Both the position numbers and the translations under genes were made by a program. DNA of 63,991 bases, filler included, from Octopus bimaculoides (lineage: Eukaryota): assembly GCF_001194135.2 (NCBI RefSeq). It is 7 parts of 6 records of this genome, joined end to end, with 100 filler letters (N's around TTAATTAATTAA, not from the genome) between each part and the next. Parts side by side here need not be neighbours in the genome. Positions count along the whole stretch, not along the records: positions 1 to 19,296 come from NC_068991.1; 6 more parts are not named here. One strand, given 5' to 3'. The notes beneath the pieces are model-generated. The model searched no databases, was not told the DNA's origin, and saw only the letters and a program-made list of their open reading frames with translations. Shown piece after piece: positions 1-13,197 of this stretch. The first letter of the stretch is position 1. Every line of letters starts with the position of its first letter.

Positions 1-603
1 AACACTACATCTTAATGAAATGCTCATCAGTTTTACAATACTTGAGTTGTTTTCGGGGTGGGTTTGGGTGGAGTGGGTGGGGGGTGGGTGCGGAAGTTGT
101 TCTTATTCCTAAACAATTGCTTCGAGATTAATGTACTGGACTAACGATCACAGTGCTATTTAGTTCGAATTTTACTGCAGCCATCCGTTCACGCAAATTT
201 GCATGACTGATGAAGAAGAACAGGTTTCACTCCTACCTTCATGATTGAATGGTTAGCAGCAGAAAGAGCAGCCAGCTGTCAAAACAGCTGGTCCATCAAG
301 GAACCATCTCACATTTGCATGCAAGCATAGAAGAATTTGTACAAGGTAATTTACTGTCAATGGCCTCCCCAACACCTTTGTCTCCCCAATCGCTCTTGCC
401 ACCCCTGTGTACCTCTGACGTACTTCTCTGTCACTGCACATCTCTCTCTCTCTCACCCTTGCCTCCCACTGTCCCTCCACACATGTCATTTACATATTTT
501 CCGATCCACCTACAGATTTATTACACTGCTCCTCTCCCCCCTTCCTGTTCTACCACTGATTTATTTCCCCCTCCTCCTTCTCCCCCTCCATATTGATACT
601 TAC

Positions 604-793
604 CATTAACCGTGCCTCCACCTTAGTTCCATTCACTAAATTCTCCTTTAAACCCACCTTTAACCCTTTAGCATTTAATCTGACCATATCAGGCCCAAAT
701 ATAATACCTCCTTTTTGTGTTAAAACCAACTTTGATGCAACCCTACTAAAAACATACAAATGTACCATTGAAATCTTGAAGCTACAAGATAAT
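604..793 (-). CDS. Candidate internal coding exon, product unknown (LSCSFKISMVHLYVFSRVASKLVLTQKGGIIFGPDMVRLNAKGLKVGLKENLVNGTKVEARLM)
   Basis: On the minus strand: acceptor ...caattaattacAG| at 795-794, perfect donor ATG|GTAAGT at 603-598, and a single open frame between them in non-repetitive sequence. No family recognised. Confidence 0.3.
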
Positions 794-826
794 CTGTAAT
801 TAATTGAAAGCAATGTGAATATATGT

Positions 827-1132
827 GGAGGCACATGGCCTAGTGGTTACAGCAGCTGACGTGCGGTCGAGGGATTGCGGGTTCGAATCTCAGACTGGGC
901 GATGTGTGTGTTTATGAGCAAAACAGCTAAGTTCTACGCAGCTCTGGCAGAAGGTAATGGCAAACTTCTGCTGACTGTTTTGCTACAGCTCTGTCTCACT
1001 CTCCTCTTGCATCTAGCAGCTCACCTGTGACGGATTGGCGTCCCGTCCAGGTGGGGAACCTATATGCTAACGAAACCGAGAAACCGGCCCTTATGAGCCA
1101 GGAATGGCTCGAGAAGGAACAAGCAACAACAA
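827..1132 (+). mobile_element. Full-length tRNA-derived SINE (OR1-like family)
   Basis: A box TGGCCTAGTGG (836-846), B box GGTTCGAATCT (~880-890), (CAA)n tail, and flanking direct repeat CAATGTGAATA on both sides. The head is shared with the copy at 51102-51378. Confidence 0.8.
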
Positions 1133-1252
1133 TGTGAATAAATAAGAAATACATTTGACAAAGAAATCTGAATTCTAATTAGTTAAACCTCTCACGCGCT
1201 AATGAACTTGTTCACCCACCTTTCCTGATTTTTTTGTATTCCCTCCTTTGTG

Positions 1253-1427
1253 AAGGTGCATGGTTTAGCGGTTAAGGTATTCGTCTCACAATCGTAAGGT
1301 CATCAGTTCAATTCCTGGTGATGTGTTGTGTCCTTGAGCAAGACACTTTATTTCCAGTTCACTCAGATGGCAAAAATGAGTTGTATCTGTATTTCAAAGG
1401 GCCAGCTTTGTCACACTTTGTGTCTCA
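1253..1427 (+). mobile_element. tRNA-derived SINE with CORE-like domain (OR2-like), 3' truncated
   Basis: tRNA-like head followed by GTGTCCTTGAGCAAGACACTTTATTTC...CACTCAG...AAAATGAG, which resembles the CORE domain. Homologous to 15002-15308, 16621-16930, 18695-19020 and 41243-41535. Confidence 0.75.
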
Positions 1428-2758
1428 GGCAGTATTGCTCCCCTGGGGGCGGTGGAAAGTTCCAAGGGGGCGTTGAAGAAAAGTGGGGGGATAATGGGGT
1501 AGCGATTCATGTAAAAACAACAAAATAATGGTTTCATTAGGTTAAGTTTTATTTGTGAAATACAGTTGCTTTAAATTTGCTTCAGAAAGAGGTCTATGAT
1601 TGTGANNNNNNNNNNNNNNNNNNNNNNNNNNNNNNNNNNNNNNNNNNNNNNNNNNNNNNNNNNNNNNNNNNNNNNNNNNNNNNNNNNNNNNNNNNNNNNN
1701 NNNNNNNNNNNNNNNNNNNNNNNNNNNNNNNNNNNNNNNNNNNNNNNNNNNNNNNNNNNNNNNNNNNNNNNNNNNNNNNNNNNNNNNNNNNNNNNNNNNN
1801 NNNNNNNNNNNNNNNNNNNNNNNNNNNNNNNNNNNNNNNNNNNNNNNNNNNNNNNNNNNNNNNNNNNNNNNNNNNNNNNNNNNNNNNNNNNNNNNNNNNN
1901 NNNNNNNNNNNNNNNNNNNNNNNNNNNNNNNNNNNNNNNNNNNNNNNNNNNNNNNNNNNNNNNNNNNNNNNNNNNNNNNNNNNNNNNNNNNNNNNNNNNN
2001 NNNNNNNNNNNNNNNNNNNNNNNNNNNNNNNNNNNNNNNNNNNNNNNNNNNNNNNNNNNNNNNNNNNNNNNNNNNNNNNNNNNNNNNNNNNNNNNNNNNN
2101 NNNNNNNNNNNNNNNNNNNNNNNNNNNNNNNNNNNNNNNNNNNNNNNNNNNNNNNNNNNNNNNNNNNNNNNNNNNNNNNNNNNNNNAGAACAAAGGGTTT
2201 TATTCACTGGTGAAAAGTTTGATAAGCCTGCAGAATCAAGGCAACTGGCAGTTCTCTGTATGTAACAGAAGGGAGTCTGTAGTAGATAGAAAGTAGGGTT
2301 TCAAGATTGTATATAAAACATAAGTGGTGTTATGTTTTACATATTGCTTATATTTACAGCTAATGGTATATAGAAAATGGTGAGATAGTCTGAGCTAGTT
2401 AGGATTGAAGTGTATACACACATGTAGTAGAAATGTTTTGTGACACTGCAGTAATAAATAGTGCAGTTGAAATCTAATGGGTTTCATTTCTTAGAAATTA
2501 ACCCATCTACGGATGATATCAGCTAGCAAATGCTTCCCCCAGGTTTGGTTATCGATTGCCACTGTGTTGGATGACTATCCTGTTGCGAAAACATCGAGGT
2601 AATCTTGTATTTGTTTATAAGGTGATTGCTTGAGGTTCAAAAATTTTCCACTGACGCCAGTATAATAGTATAATAAAGAATGCTGTGTGTGACTGTTACC
2701 TGTGAATGTACCTTAAGAATGTAAAAATATAAAACAAAGCTATGTGGGCCTGTAGGCT

Positions 2759-2862
2759 GACTTACGACCAAATCGACTTATGACTAAATCGACTTACGAC
2801 CAAATCGACTTACGACCAGTCAGTCAGAACCAATTGTGGTCGTAAGTTGATGATGTACTGTA
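2759..2862. mobile_element. Tigger/pogo-like DNA transposon terminus with a 16-bp tandem array of the TIR core motif
   Basis: About 3.7 copies of GACTTACGACCAAATC, then the inverted motif TGGTCGTAAGTTGATGATGTACTG ending in TA, typical of Tigger-type TIRs. Confidence 0.55.
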
Positions 2863-2924
2863 ATGACATGTCTCCCCCCACCCCCACATACGTACATAGG
2901 TTTCATGTCTGTGGCTTGACATAT

Positions 2925-3308
2925 TTTGTTTTCTTACTTGTTTCAGTATAGACTGCGGCCATACTGGAGCATCGCCTTCAAGGGTTTTAGTTGAAGAAAT
3001 CTACCCCAGGACTTATTCTTTGTAAGCCTAGTACTTATTCTGTTGGTCTCTTTTGCCGAACCGCTAAGTTTCGGAGACATAAACACACCAACATCAGTTG
3101 TCAAGTGTTGGCAGTCTGGGACAAAGAACGACACACATGCATAAATATATATACACGACAGTCTTTCCGTCTACCAAATCCACTCACAAGGCTTTGGTCA
3201 GCCTGAGGCTATAGTAGAAGAAACTTGTCCAAGGTGCCATGCAGTGGGACTGAACCCTGAGCCATGTGGTTGGGAAGCAAGCTTCTTACCACACAGCCAT
3301 GCCTGCAC
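2925..3308 (-). mobile_element. tRNA-derived SINE (OK-like family), near full length
   Basis: Matches the 48712-49141 copy along its length (CCAAATCCACTCACAAGGCTTTGGTC, GCAGTGGGACTGAACCC, GCTTCTTACCACACAGC). Confidence 0.85.
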
Positions 3309-3532
3309 CTATATATGATGGGAAATATTACTCAGACCTGAGATGTGTGGATTAAATAACTTCAAAGTATCGCTCTTTGGTTTGAGTTTGTCATTAGAGC
3401 TTATGCAACCTGATTCCAGTATGAATTAGTCAGTCCAGACTCCACTTACGCAGGTACTCTAACAGGGTTTGGAGTGGTTTGTTGTATTTGATTATATATT
3501 TGAAGTATATATATATATATATATATATATAT

Positions 3533-3856
3533 CATCATCATCATCATCATCGTTTAACGTCCGCTTTCCATGCCAGCATGGGTTGGACGATTTGACTGAG
3601 GACTGGTGAAACCGGATGGCAACACCAGGCTCCAATCTAAATTTGGCAGAGTTTCTACAGCTGGATGCCCTTCCTAATGCCAACCACTCAGAGAGTGTAG
3701 TGGGTGCTTTTACGTGTCACCCGCACGAAAACGGCCACGCTCGAAATGGTGTCTTTTATGTGCCACCCGCACAAGAGCCAGTCCAGGGGCACTGGCAACG
3801 ATCTCGCTCGAAAACCCTACAAGGCTAGTCAGGCGGTACTGGCAACGGTCACGCTC
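3533..3856 (-). mobile_element. RTE-clade LINE 3' end/3' UTR with (GAT)n tail, runs into a gap
   Basis: Near-identical to 7299-7514, which is contiguous with an RTE C-terminal ORF. Confidence 0.8.
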
Positions 3857-4239
3857 NNNNNNNNNNNNNNNNNNNNNNNNNNNNNNNNNNNNNNNNNNNN
3901 NNNNNNNNNNNNNNNNNNNNNNNNNNNNNNNNNNNNNNNNNNNNNNNNNNNNNNNNNNNNNNNNNNNNNNNNNNNNNNNNNNNNNNNNNNNNNNNNNNNN
4001 NNNNNNNNNNNNNNNNNNNNNNNNNNNNNNNNNNNNNNNNNNNNNNNNNNNNNNNNNNNNNNNNNNNNNNNNNNNNNNNNNNNNNNNNNNNNNNNNNNNN
4101 NNNNNNNNNNNNNNNNNNNNNNNNNNNNNNNNNNNNNNNNNNNNNNNNNNNNNNNNNNNNNNNNNNNNNNNNNNNNNNNNNNNNNNNNNNNNNNNNNNNN
4201 NNNNNNNNNNNNNNNNNNNNNNNNNNNNNNNNNNNNNNN

Positions 4240-4509
4240 GAGAGAGGGATAGAGATAGATAAATTGAGAGAGATAGAGAAAGATAGATAGATAGATAGAC
4301 AGATGATAGACAGATCAATAGGTAGATAGATAAATAAATAGATAGATTGATAGACAGATCAATAGGTAGATAGATAAATAGACACATAAATTGATAGATA
4401 GACCAATAGATAGATAGACAGTCACACAGACAGACAGATAAATGGATAGATAGATAGATATGCACATTGATAGACACACGGTCAGACAGACAAATAGATA
4501 GACAGACAA

Positions 4510-4545
<36 letters not shown>
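4240..4545. repeat. (GATA)n/(GACA)n compound microsatellite
   Basis: Direct inspection. Confidence 0.95.
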
Positions 4546-5178
4546 ACATTGGTGACTCTGAGGCTTTAGTGGAAGGCACTTGTCCAAGATGTTATGCAAT
4601 ACCATCAAACTTGAAACCATGAGATTACAAAGCTAAGTTCTTTAACCACACAGCTCTACTTATTATGCCTCAGCCTGTACGTTAAGCTTTCTAATACAAA
4701 CCTTATTATTATACATTTTACCATTTTTTTCTTAGTATTATTCTGCTTTCGTACATTTACTAGTTCTAACAAATTTACTATTTTTTTAGGAAACACCTTA
4801 AAAAACACACCAGCAAACAAACAAAAAAACCCAATACTTTTTTTTTCCATAGAATATTAATGCAGTCTACCGTTATTTTATGATAAAGAAATCAAATATT
4901 GCCTGCAACGCAGTTGGCAACTTAACAAATTTGTTTATTTTTGTATTAAATTTTTGTTGATTTTATTTTTATCTTTTTGTTATCAGCCTTTTTTTTTTTA
5001 TTCATTTTATATGGCTTTATTTACTGCGAAGATTTTCTGAAAGGATATTATTTATAAATTGAATAATTTTTCATATTTTTTTTTCCCTTTTTTTTTATCT
5101 TAATATTTAAATGAAATATTTATTTTGGATATTAATTTTCCTTAAAATTTTATGTATATACGTGTATGTTATATAATA

Positions 5179-5296
<118 letters not shown>

Positions 5297-7066
5297 AACA
5301 TACATATATATACATACATATATATGTATATGCCTATTGAAATAAATAAATAAATATATATATTTATATATACACACGCGGGTTGTTTATTTTTCATCAC
5401 TTTTATAATGCATTATCTGCAATGCTGTGAGCTATTTATCATTTTATCATCTAAATTTTTTTTCCTCCCGCTTCTCTTTTGTTATCATCATCATCATCAG
5501 CATCATCATCACGATAATTGTCTTCATTTTCATCACCCTTCCCCTTTCCCCTTCCTTCTTACACCCTCTTCTCCTCCACCTGTCCCCTCCCCCCTTCCTG
5601 CACCTCGTTTTCATCATGCTTGTCACCTACATTTTAACCTTCATTTCACTCGAGTAACTAAAACCAGTTATGTTTGTGAAGTTGCCTACGATCATAATAT
5701 TAATTATTTCGTCCGTTTTGGGGTTTTTTTTTTTTTGCACGCTTTCTTTCGAATGCCCTCAATTATCTCTTTATAGTGAAAAATTAATTTTTAATTTCTC
5801 GAAAAAAGAAAGAAAAAAAAAAAAGAAGATACCCCCGCCCACTCCTGATTCTCCATGTTTTCTTTGAGAGTTGTTCACAACAAATGCTACTTTCTGAGTT
5901 TCATTTTCTAATTTAGAGGAAAATTTCATTCCATTGAGAATATTCTGTGTACATCATCATCCAATATGTTAGTCTTTAAAGTTGTTTGTTTCTCTATTCA
6001 TTTCTTCATCTGCTTTACTTTTGTTTTCTCATGCCAGCATGGTTTAGGTGAATACTCATTATTGCAGGATTATTTTACAGCCAGATCTCCTTTGTGTTGT
6101 TCATCCCTACCCGTATTTCAAGTAAGGGTGTTTTCATTCCACTTATCTTCAAATGCAGCAGAGCTACTGGATGGTTTGTTGATTAGGAAATGTTAACAAA
6201 CGACACCAGTCAAAGCTTAGCTCAGTGTAGAGCGTAAACATTCAAAAAGACAAACAGACAGACACACACACACATACAGACAGACACACACACATACAAA
6301 CAGACACACACACACATACAGACAGACAGACACACACATACAGACAGACACACACACACATACAGACAGACACACACACACATACATACATGTTGATTGC
6401 TCTATCTTCACGGATGATTGCCATCTCCTTTTGGTTTTTTTTGTTGTCGATAAAATTTTTGACTTTCGGGCCATGACTTCCCAGCTGACTATTTCGGTCC
6501 ATTGCAAATCTGCATGGTTTAAAGTATAGGTGACAGGCAAAAGTTGCAACCTACTATGGACTTCCAACTGGTTAAGTCTACACATGTCACCACTCTTCCT
6601 TTCTTGTGGGCCTTTCAGGAGACAGAGCAACAAATGAGGTCACCTTAAAACTGGATTATAGTGATAAATACTCGTACAACATGAATACCACTCACTGAGT
6701 CCCTGTGATTAGTCCCTAGAGACTGGCCGAAGCAAAATGACCAGTTAGCACATGAAGCCACAGGCTTTACATCAGAGTGACCCTCTTCTTGAAGGATACT
6801 GTGACAACAGCTAAGGGACCTTCAGAAGTCCCACTAGTTTTACTGTGTTCTCTGAGACTAACCAAATGTATTTCCGCTTGTACTTAGATGGTTTGGCATC
6901 AAATATGCTAATTGGCCCCTAACTATGGCCCTGACAGGTGCTGTTACTCTGGGTCGCTGTAGACCCAAGAATAATAGTGGCTAAGACATGATTCCACATT
7001 CCTCAAAACCCTGCAGCAGCTGAACCAAAGCCCCACTACCAGACGCAGTTTAAAATCTTGCCTTGG

Positions 7067-7119
<53 letters not shown>

Positions 7120-7235
7120 TGCATGCATGAGGAATTACCTTGGATGTGTATTCTACTTACATTTACTGGTGTCTGATTGTTGGTTACAGTTAACCAAATT
7201 CATTTGCTGTGTGTGCATGTATATACGTATGTATT

Positions 7236-7298
<63 letters not shown>

Positions 7299-7299
<1 letters not shown>

Positions 7300-7980
7300 A
7301 TCATCGTTTAACGTCCGCTTTCCATGCTAGCATGGGTTGGACGATTTGACTGAGGACTGGTGAAACCGGATGGCAACACCAGGCTCCAGTCTGATTTGGC
7401 AGAGTTTCTACAGCTGGATGCCCTTCCTAACGCCAACCACTCAGAGAGTGTAGTGGGTGCTTTTACGTGTCACCCGCACGAAAACGGCCACGCTCGAAAT
7501 GGTGTCTTTTATGTNNNNNNNNNNNNNNNNNNNNNNNNNNNNNNNNNNNNNNNNNNNNNNNNNNNNNNNNNNNNNNNNNNNNNNNNNNNNNNNNNNNNNN
7601 NNNNNNNNNNNNNNNNNNNNNNNNNNNNNNNNNNNNNNNNNNNNNNNNNNNNNNNNCATCTCATGTGCCACCCGCACAAGAACCAGTCCAGGGGCACTGG
7701 CAACGATCTTACTTGGCTTGCCGGGTCTTCTCACGCACAGCCCATTTCCAAAGGTCTCGGTCCGTAGTCATCGCCTCGGTGAGGCCCAATGTACGAAGGT
7801 CTTGCCTCACCACCTCAGCCCAGGTCTTCCTGGGCCTACCTCTTCCACGGGTTCCCTCAACTGTTAGGGTGTGGCACTTTTTCACGCAGCTATCCTCCTC
7901 CATTCTCACCACATGTCCATACCAGCGCAATCGTCTCTCTTGCACGCCACAACTGATGCTTCTAATGTTCAGCTTTTCTT
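7299..7980 (-). mobile_element. 5'-truncated RTE-clade LINE (ORF C-terminus plus 3' UTR plus (GAT)n tail)
   Basis: ORF 7709-7945 encodes QERRLRWYGHVVRM...GTRGRGRPRKTW...DRDLWKWAV, the canonical RTE C-terminal motif. Confidence 0.9.
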
Positions 7981-8448
7981 ATGTATGAATATATATATGT
8001 ATGTATGTATGAATATATATATATTATATACATATATATGTGTGTGTGCATATGTCTGTATGTATGTATACATATGTCTGTATGTATGTATACATATGTC
8101 TGTATGTATATAATGGTTATCATGTCAGTCATTTCTCAAGTGGCACATGGCACCACTTTTGAATAAGAAAAGTGGGGATTTCTTTGTCATTAATAAGATC
8201 ATAATTTCTCTAATCCCTCTCTACCTTCTCTCTATCTCTTCCTCTGTCTGTGTGTCTCTCTTCATTATAAATTCAGCCACTTTGCTCTAAGTACCATTTT
8301 CCTATGTTACCTACAATACAGTGAGATAAGAAAATTCTGGGATAGAATTAATAATCAGTAACTACTGCAAACTATGCTATGAACTCTCAGTAGGCCAGAC
8401 TCTCTTAAATCAAAAAAGATTCTGTGCTTTGGAAATATTAGTGTATTA

Positions 8449-8800
8449 ATATTATTATTATTATTGTCATTGCCTTTGCACAGCTTCTAATGCTGGAGAG
8501 GTACTACGGTGTCTGCTGTTCACTACCAGTGAATTAAGGTAACACCTCTTATTTTTCGAGCACCTTCCGGAGTATCCGAGTGGTTCCATGCAGTGCTGTT
8601 TTCTGCAAGTGCTCCACTCTTATTGCAGCCCCTATTTGTTCCATGTACTTCTCAAGATTTTTGCTCACTGTTCCCAGGGCTCCGACAATTATTGGTACTA
8701 CTGCTGGCTTTTTCATTGACCACAACTGCTTAACTTCCCAATCTAACCTGTCATATCTCTCGACTTTTCTTTCTTCCTTATCACATACCTCTTGTTGTCA
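8449..8800 (-). mobile_element. R4/Dong-like non-LTR retrotransposon 3' fragment (restriction-like endonuclease C-terminus)
   Basis: Minus-strand translation KVERYDRLDWEVKQLWSMKKPAVVPIIVGALGTVSKNLEKYMEQIGAAIRVEHLQKTALHGTTRILRKVLEK*, followed by a (TAA)n tail. Confidence 0.8.
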
Positions 8801-9071
8801 GCTGTGCATGCTATATCTATGATCTAGCATAGTTTCTCTTCTTTCTCAATTAAGACTATGCTTGGCTTCCTATTCTATTATTATTATGTCCCCACTAAGG
8901 GACATGCTCAACTGGTTACAGTCAAGCAGCTGACAAGCAAATCTGTGGTATTAAGCAGAATATTTGCTGTAGCCCATATTTTATACCAAGACAAAACAAT
9001 GTACATGATAACACTTCCAATCAGTTAAGGTCAAAAGCCATGAGAGCCACTGCCTGGTACTGCTTCCGGGC

Positions 9072-9134
<63 letters not shown>

Positions 9135-9137
9135 TAA

Positions 9138-9262
9138 GGCGACGAGCTGGCAGAATCGTTAGCACGCTTGACCAAATGCTCATTGGCATTTCGTTTGTCT
9201 TTACGTTCTGTTTTCAAATTCTACCAAGGTTGACTTTGTCTTTCATCCTTTCGAGGTCAATA
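9138..9262 (+). mobile_element. tRNA-derived SINE family B (central domain resembling MetaSINE), cut by a gap
   Basis: GGCGACGAGCTGGCAGAATCGTTAGC head and CTTTCATCCTTTCGAGGTCAATA domain, as in 55928-56160. Confidence 0.75.
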
Positions 9263-9994
9263 NNNNNNNNNNNNNNNNNNNNNNNNNNNNNNNNNNNNNN
9301 NNNNNNNNNNNNNNNNNNNNNNNNNNNNNNNNNNNNNNNNNNNNNNNNNNNNNNNNNNNNNNNNNNNNNNNNNNNNNNNNNNNNNNNNNNNNNNNNNNNN
9401 NNNNNNNNNNNNNNNNNNNNNNNNNNNNNNNNNNNNNNNNNNNNNNNNNNNNNNNNNNNNNNNNNNNNNNNNNNNNNNNNNNNNNNNNNNNNNNNNNNNN
9501 NNNNNNNNNNNNNNNNNNNNNNNNNNNNNNNNNNNNNNNNNNNNNNNNNNNNNNNNNNNNNNNNNNNNNNNNNNNNNNNNNNNNNNNNNNNNNNNNNNNN
9601 NNNNNNNNNNNNNNNNNNNNNNNNNNNNNNNNNNNNNNNNNNNNNNNNNNNNNNNNNNNNNNNNNNNNNNNNNNNNNNNNNNNNNNNNNNNNNNNNNNNN
9701 NNNNNNNNNNNNNNNNNNNNNNNNNNNNNNNNNNNNNNNNNNNNNNNNNNNNNNNNNNNNNNNNNNNNNNNNNNNNNNNNNNNNNNNNNNNNNNNNNNNN
9801 NNNNNNNNNNNNNNNNNNNNNNNNNNNNNNNNNNNNNNNNNNNNNNNNNNNNNNNNNNNNNNNNNNNNNNNNNNNNNNNNNNNNNNNNNNNNNNNNNNNN
9901 NNNNNNNNNNNNNNNNNNNNNNNNNNNNNNNNNNNNNNNNNNNNNNNTATATATATATATATATATATATTTACACATACACACACACATGCGT

Positions 9995-10150
9995 GCATAC
10001 GATGGTCTTGTACTTCCACACAGTTCCCATCTACCAAATTCTTTCAGAAGGCATTGGTAGGCCCAGGGTCACAGTAGAAGACACTTGTCCAATGTGTTGC
10101 ACAATGGGACTGAAACCTGTAACTTTGTGGCTGTAAGGCAAGCTTTTTAA
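9995..10150 (-). mobile_element. OK-like SINE, diverged 5' half
   Basis: Homology to 48712-49141. Confidence 0.65.
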
Positions 10151-10671
10151 CCCCATAGCCATGCCTGAATGCAGTTCAGAAAGTAGTTTTAATTAATTAT
10201 AATATCTTGGTTCACTGCATTAAGTATGTTGGCACCCTACTTAACCATTCTTTTTAGTGTGGTTTCTTTGAGAAATAATGTAGGGAAAATGAAATAAAAA
10301 AAAAGGAAGAAAATAGCTGCCACTCACAAGTATGTATGACGTGACAGTATGTACCATGTTTTTGGTAATTGTTTTGGGTGTTAGATGTAGTTAATGTAGT
10401 TAGTTGTCTGAAGCAGGCAAGCCCTTTTGGCCAAGCCCTCTAGGCCAAGCCCTCTCGACTGCTTTTGACCAAGTGGGAGGTTGAAGATGTGACAGCTGGA
10501 GAGCTCTACCAGCTCTTGGCTCATACTCAGTTTCATTTTAGTAGACTATGGTAATGTGAAATGACCTGCTTTGCTCAAGATTTCAATGCACTGCTCAACC
10601 CAGGAATTGAACCTGTGAGAACTTTATGCTCTTGAGCTCAGAGTTGTATATATTCAGTCTAGTATATTTGT

Positions 10672-11058
10672 TTTTTGTCTTTTACTTGTTTCATTCATTA
10701 GACTGTGGCCATGCTGGGGCACCACCTTGGAGAATTTTTAGTTGAATGAATTGACCCCAGTGGTTAATAATTTTTTGAAGCTTGGTTCTTATTCTGTTGG
10801 TCTCCTTTGTTGAACTGCAAAAGTTATGGGGAATAAACTCACCAGCCCTGGTTGTCAATTGGATTTCAGTGCAAATAGAGAGAGAGAGAGGAGAAAGGGA
10901 GAGAAAGACACATACACACACACACACGACTGGCTTCTTTCAGTTTCTGTCTACTAAATCCACTCTCAAGGCTTTGGTCAGTTCCAGGCTATAATAGAAG
11001 ACACTTGCCCAAAGTATCACGCAGTGGGATTGAACCCAGAACCATGTAAATGGGAAGT
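10672..11058 (-). mobile_element. OK-like SINE
   Basis: Homology to 48712-49141. Confidence 0.8.
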
Positions 11059-11236
11059 GCTTTCTAATTTTGGCACAAGGCCAGCAATTTTAAGAAGAGG
11101 TGTAAGTGGATATCATCAACCCCAATGCTTAAACAGCACTTATTTTATTGACCTTGAGAGGATGAAAGGCAGAGTGATAATTTGAACTCAAAACCTCAAG
11201 AAACGGAAGGAATACTGCTAAGCATTTTGTCCAAGG
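11059..11236 (-). mobile_element. Family B SINE, diverged
   Basis: GGCACAAGGCCAGCAATTTT...GGATGAAAGGC...TGCTAAGCATTTTGTCC matches the reverse complement of family B. Confidence 0.65.
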
Positions 11237-11450
11237 TGAGTGTTTGAGTTAAAGTGTCATTCAACTGACCACCACTACCATGCTCTTGGGAGCCTTCATT
11301 GGAGTCCCCTGTGTTGCAAGCAGTAGGGTAAGGTCCTTGATCTGATAACAACTTCCTCCAAATGGTCAAAGAACCCTACATTTACTATAGATAGTCTTCA
11401 GGCATGTTTGAATGAAAAAATTTGGAAGAAATGTCGCGAAGTGCTTTTAT

Positions 11451-11815
11451 CTGACATGTTACGTGATCGATGCCAGGGCTGCCTGACTGGCTTCCGTACC
11501 AGTGGTACGTAAAAAGCACTATCCAAATGTGACCGATGCCTGTATGCCCTGACTGTCTCCTGTGCCGGTAGCACGTAAAAAGCACTATCCGAACATGACC
11601 GATGCCAGGCCTGCCTGCCTGGCTCCTGTGCCGGTGGAACGTAAAAAGCACCCACTACATCTTGGAGCGGTTGGCGTTAGGAAGAGCATCCTGCTGTAGA
11701 AACATTGCCTGATCAAATTGGAAAGTGGTGCAGCCACTGACTCTCCAGACCTCAGTCAAATTGTCTAACCCATGCCAGCATGGAAAACGGACTTTAAACA
11801 ATGATGATGATGATA
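11451..11815 (+). mobile_element. RTE 3' UTR fragment with three ~66-bp internal tandem modules and a (GAT)n tail
   Basis: Reverse-complement homolog of 3533-3856 and 7299-7514. The module ...ACGTAAAAAGCAC... occurs three times. Confidence 0.75.
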
Positions 11816-12394
11816 TTAACAATTCTTCTGGCTCAATAATAATAATAACATTTCAGATAATATCAGTTTTCTAGACATCTTTTATAGCACATAATTTTAG
11901 TTGAAAAAATAACCAAAACTCATCAATTACTTTCAAGTGAATTGCTGTCTAGATTAGAGTTGGTACTTGAAGTTACTAGTTCAGCCTGCTTGCCTGAAAC
12001 ATGATAAATTTTTAATATGCAGAAAAAATACATATTTTATCAGGTCTTTTTCGACTTATTTAAAGGGAAGGAACATGTCTTAAATGATAAAACAAAAGAA
12101 ATTTCTTAAATTTTTTCCCCCCTTCTTTTACACTTTTACATGTTTTAGTCATTAAACTGCAGCCATGCTGGAGCACCACCATGAAGGGTTTAGTCTATCA
12201 AATTGACTGCAGTACTTAGTTTTTTTTTTTTCTGAAGTTTGGCACTTACTCTATCGGTCTGTTTTACTGAACTGTTAAGTTACATAGATGTAAACAAACC
12301 AACAAACCTGGGTTTCAAGTGATGGTGGGGACAGACACTCATAGCCACACACCTATTTTAAATCTGGGCTTTATACTACTGGGCATAAGCTGAA

Positions 12395-12745
12395 TGGTTT
12401 GACTGGAACTGGTAAGGCCAGGGTTCACACCAGGGGCCATACCGGTGGGGGGGGGGGCACACCATGGGGCCACACCAGATTCCATAGTCTGTTTTGGCAT
12501 GGTTTCTACAGCTGGGTGCCCTTTCTAACACCAACCACAGCACAGAGGGCACTGGGTGCCTTTTTTACATGGCACTAGCACCATTCCTTTTTACATGGCA
12601 CCAATACCAGTGTATTTTATGTGGCACCGGTACACACACTAATGCTCTTTATGTGACGCCTTAGTTTTAGGATCTCAGTTCAGTTATGGTGGTTGGGTCT
12701 TCTCGGGCAGAACAATGCACAACATGTCTCAGTCCTGTCATCTCA
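12395..12745 (-). mobile_element. Diverged RTE 3' UTR fragment
   Basis: TTTCTACAGCTGGGTGCCCTTTCTAACACCAACCAC is shared with 3533-3856. Confidence 0.65.
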
Positions 12746-13080
12746 TTTCTATTAAAATACACTGCCTTTGTGTACTGTCAACTTAATGTGACAGTCCCAA
12801 TAAGGGCGTCATACTACTGCTGTTTAGCCCTAGGAAGCTGGACCGCTTTCTGTCGGCCTTGACACATTTTCTGTGTCCTTATGTTTGTGAAGGGGAGACA
12901 AGCACCTCCACCCAGCCTAGCCTGCATTCAGGGCCTTTGTTTTGGTTAAATTCACAAGACTTTGCTTGACCGAAGATGATGAAAGACATGTGCTTAAGGT
13001 ACCACATATTAAGTTCACACCTAAAACCTTATAAAATTACTATTTGTAAATCTTACAACGAGAGATATTCAGTAACAGTA

Positions 13081-13197
13081 CTTTGGAGTAAAGATTATAG
13101 CCAGCTGGAGACGATGTCTCCTGGAGCTAAATTATAGCAACATTCGTCCTAAACCAGGACTGCCATGTTATGTTGGCAAATAATCTTTACTCTATAG
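13081..13197. mobile_element. TA-flanked MITE-like palindromic element
   Basis: Perfect 13-bp inverted repeat GAGTAAAGATTAT/ATAATCTTTACTC (13086-13098/13180-13192), extendable to ~20 bp with 2 mismatches, and TA on both flanks. Confidence 0.5.

Noticed and set aside
205-235. CTGATGAAG motif near the window start (also minus-strand CTGATGAG at ~23-30)
   Set aside because: No downstream stem II-GAAA, so a chance heptamer.
181-345. Plus-strand exon between a good acceptor (180) and donor (346)
   Set aside because: All three frames contain stops. Only an unsupported first-exon model from ATG 249 remains.
827-900. tRNA genes at SINE heads (also 1253, 18695, 38658, 49141, 51378, 55928)
   Set aside because: A/B boxes are present but there is no complete cloverleaf, and each continues into a SINE body and tail.
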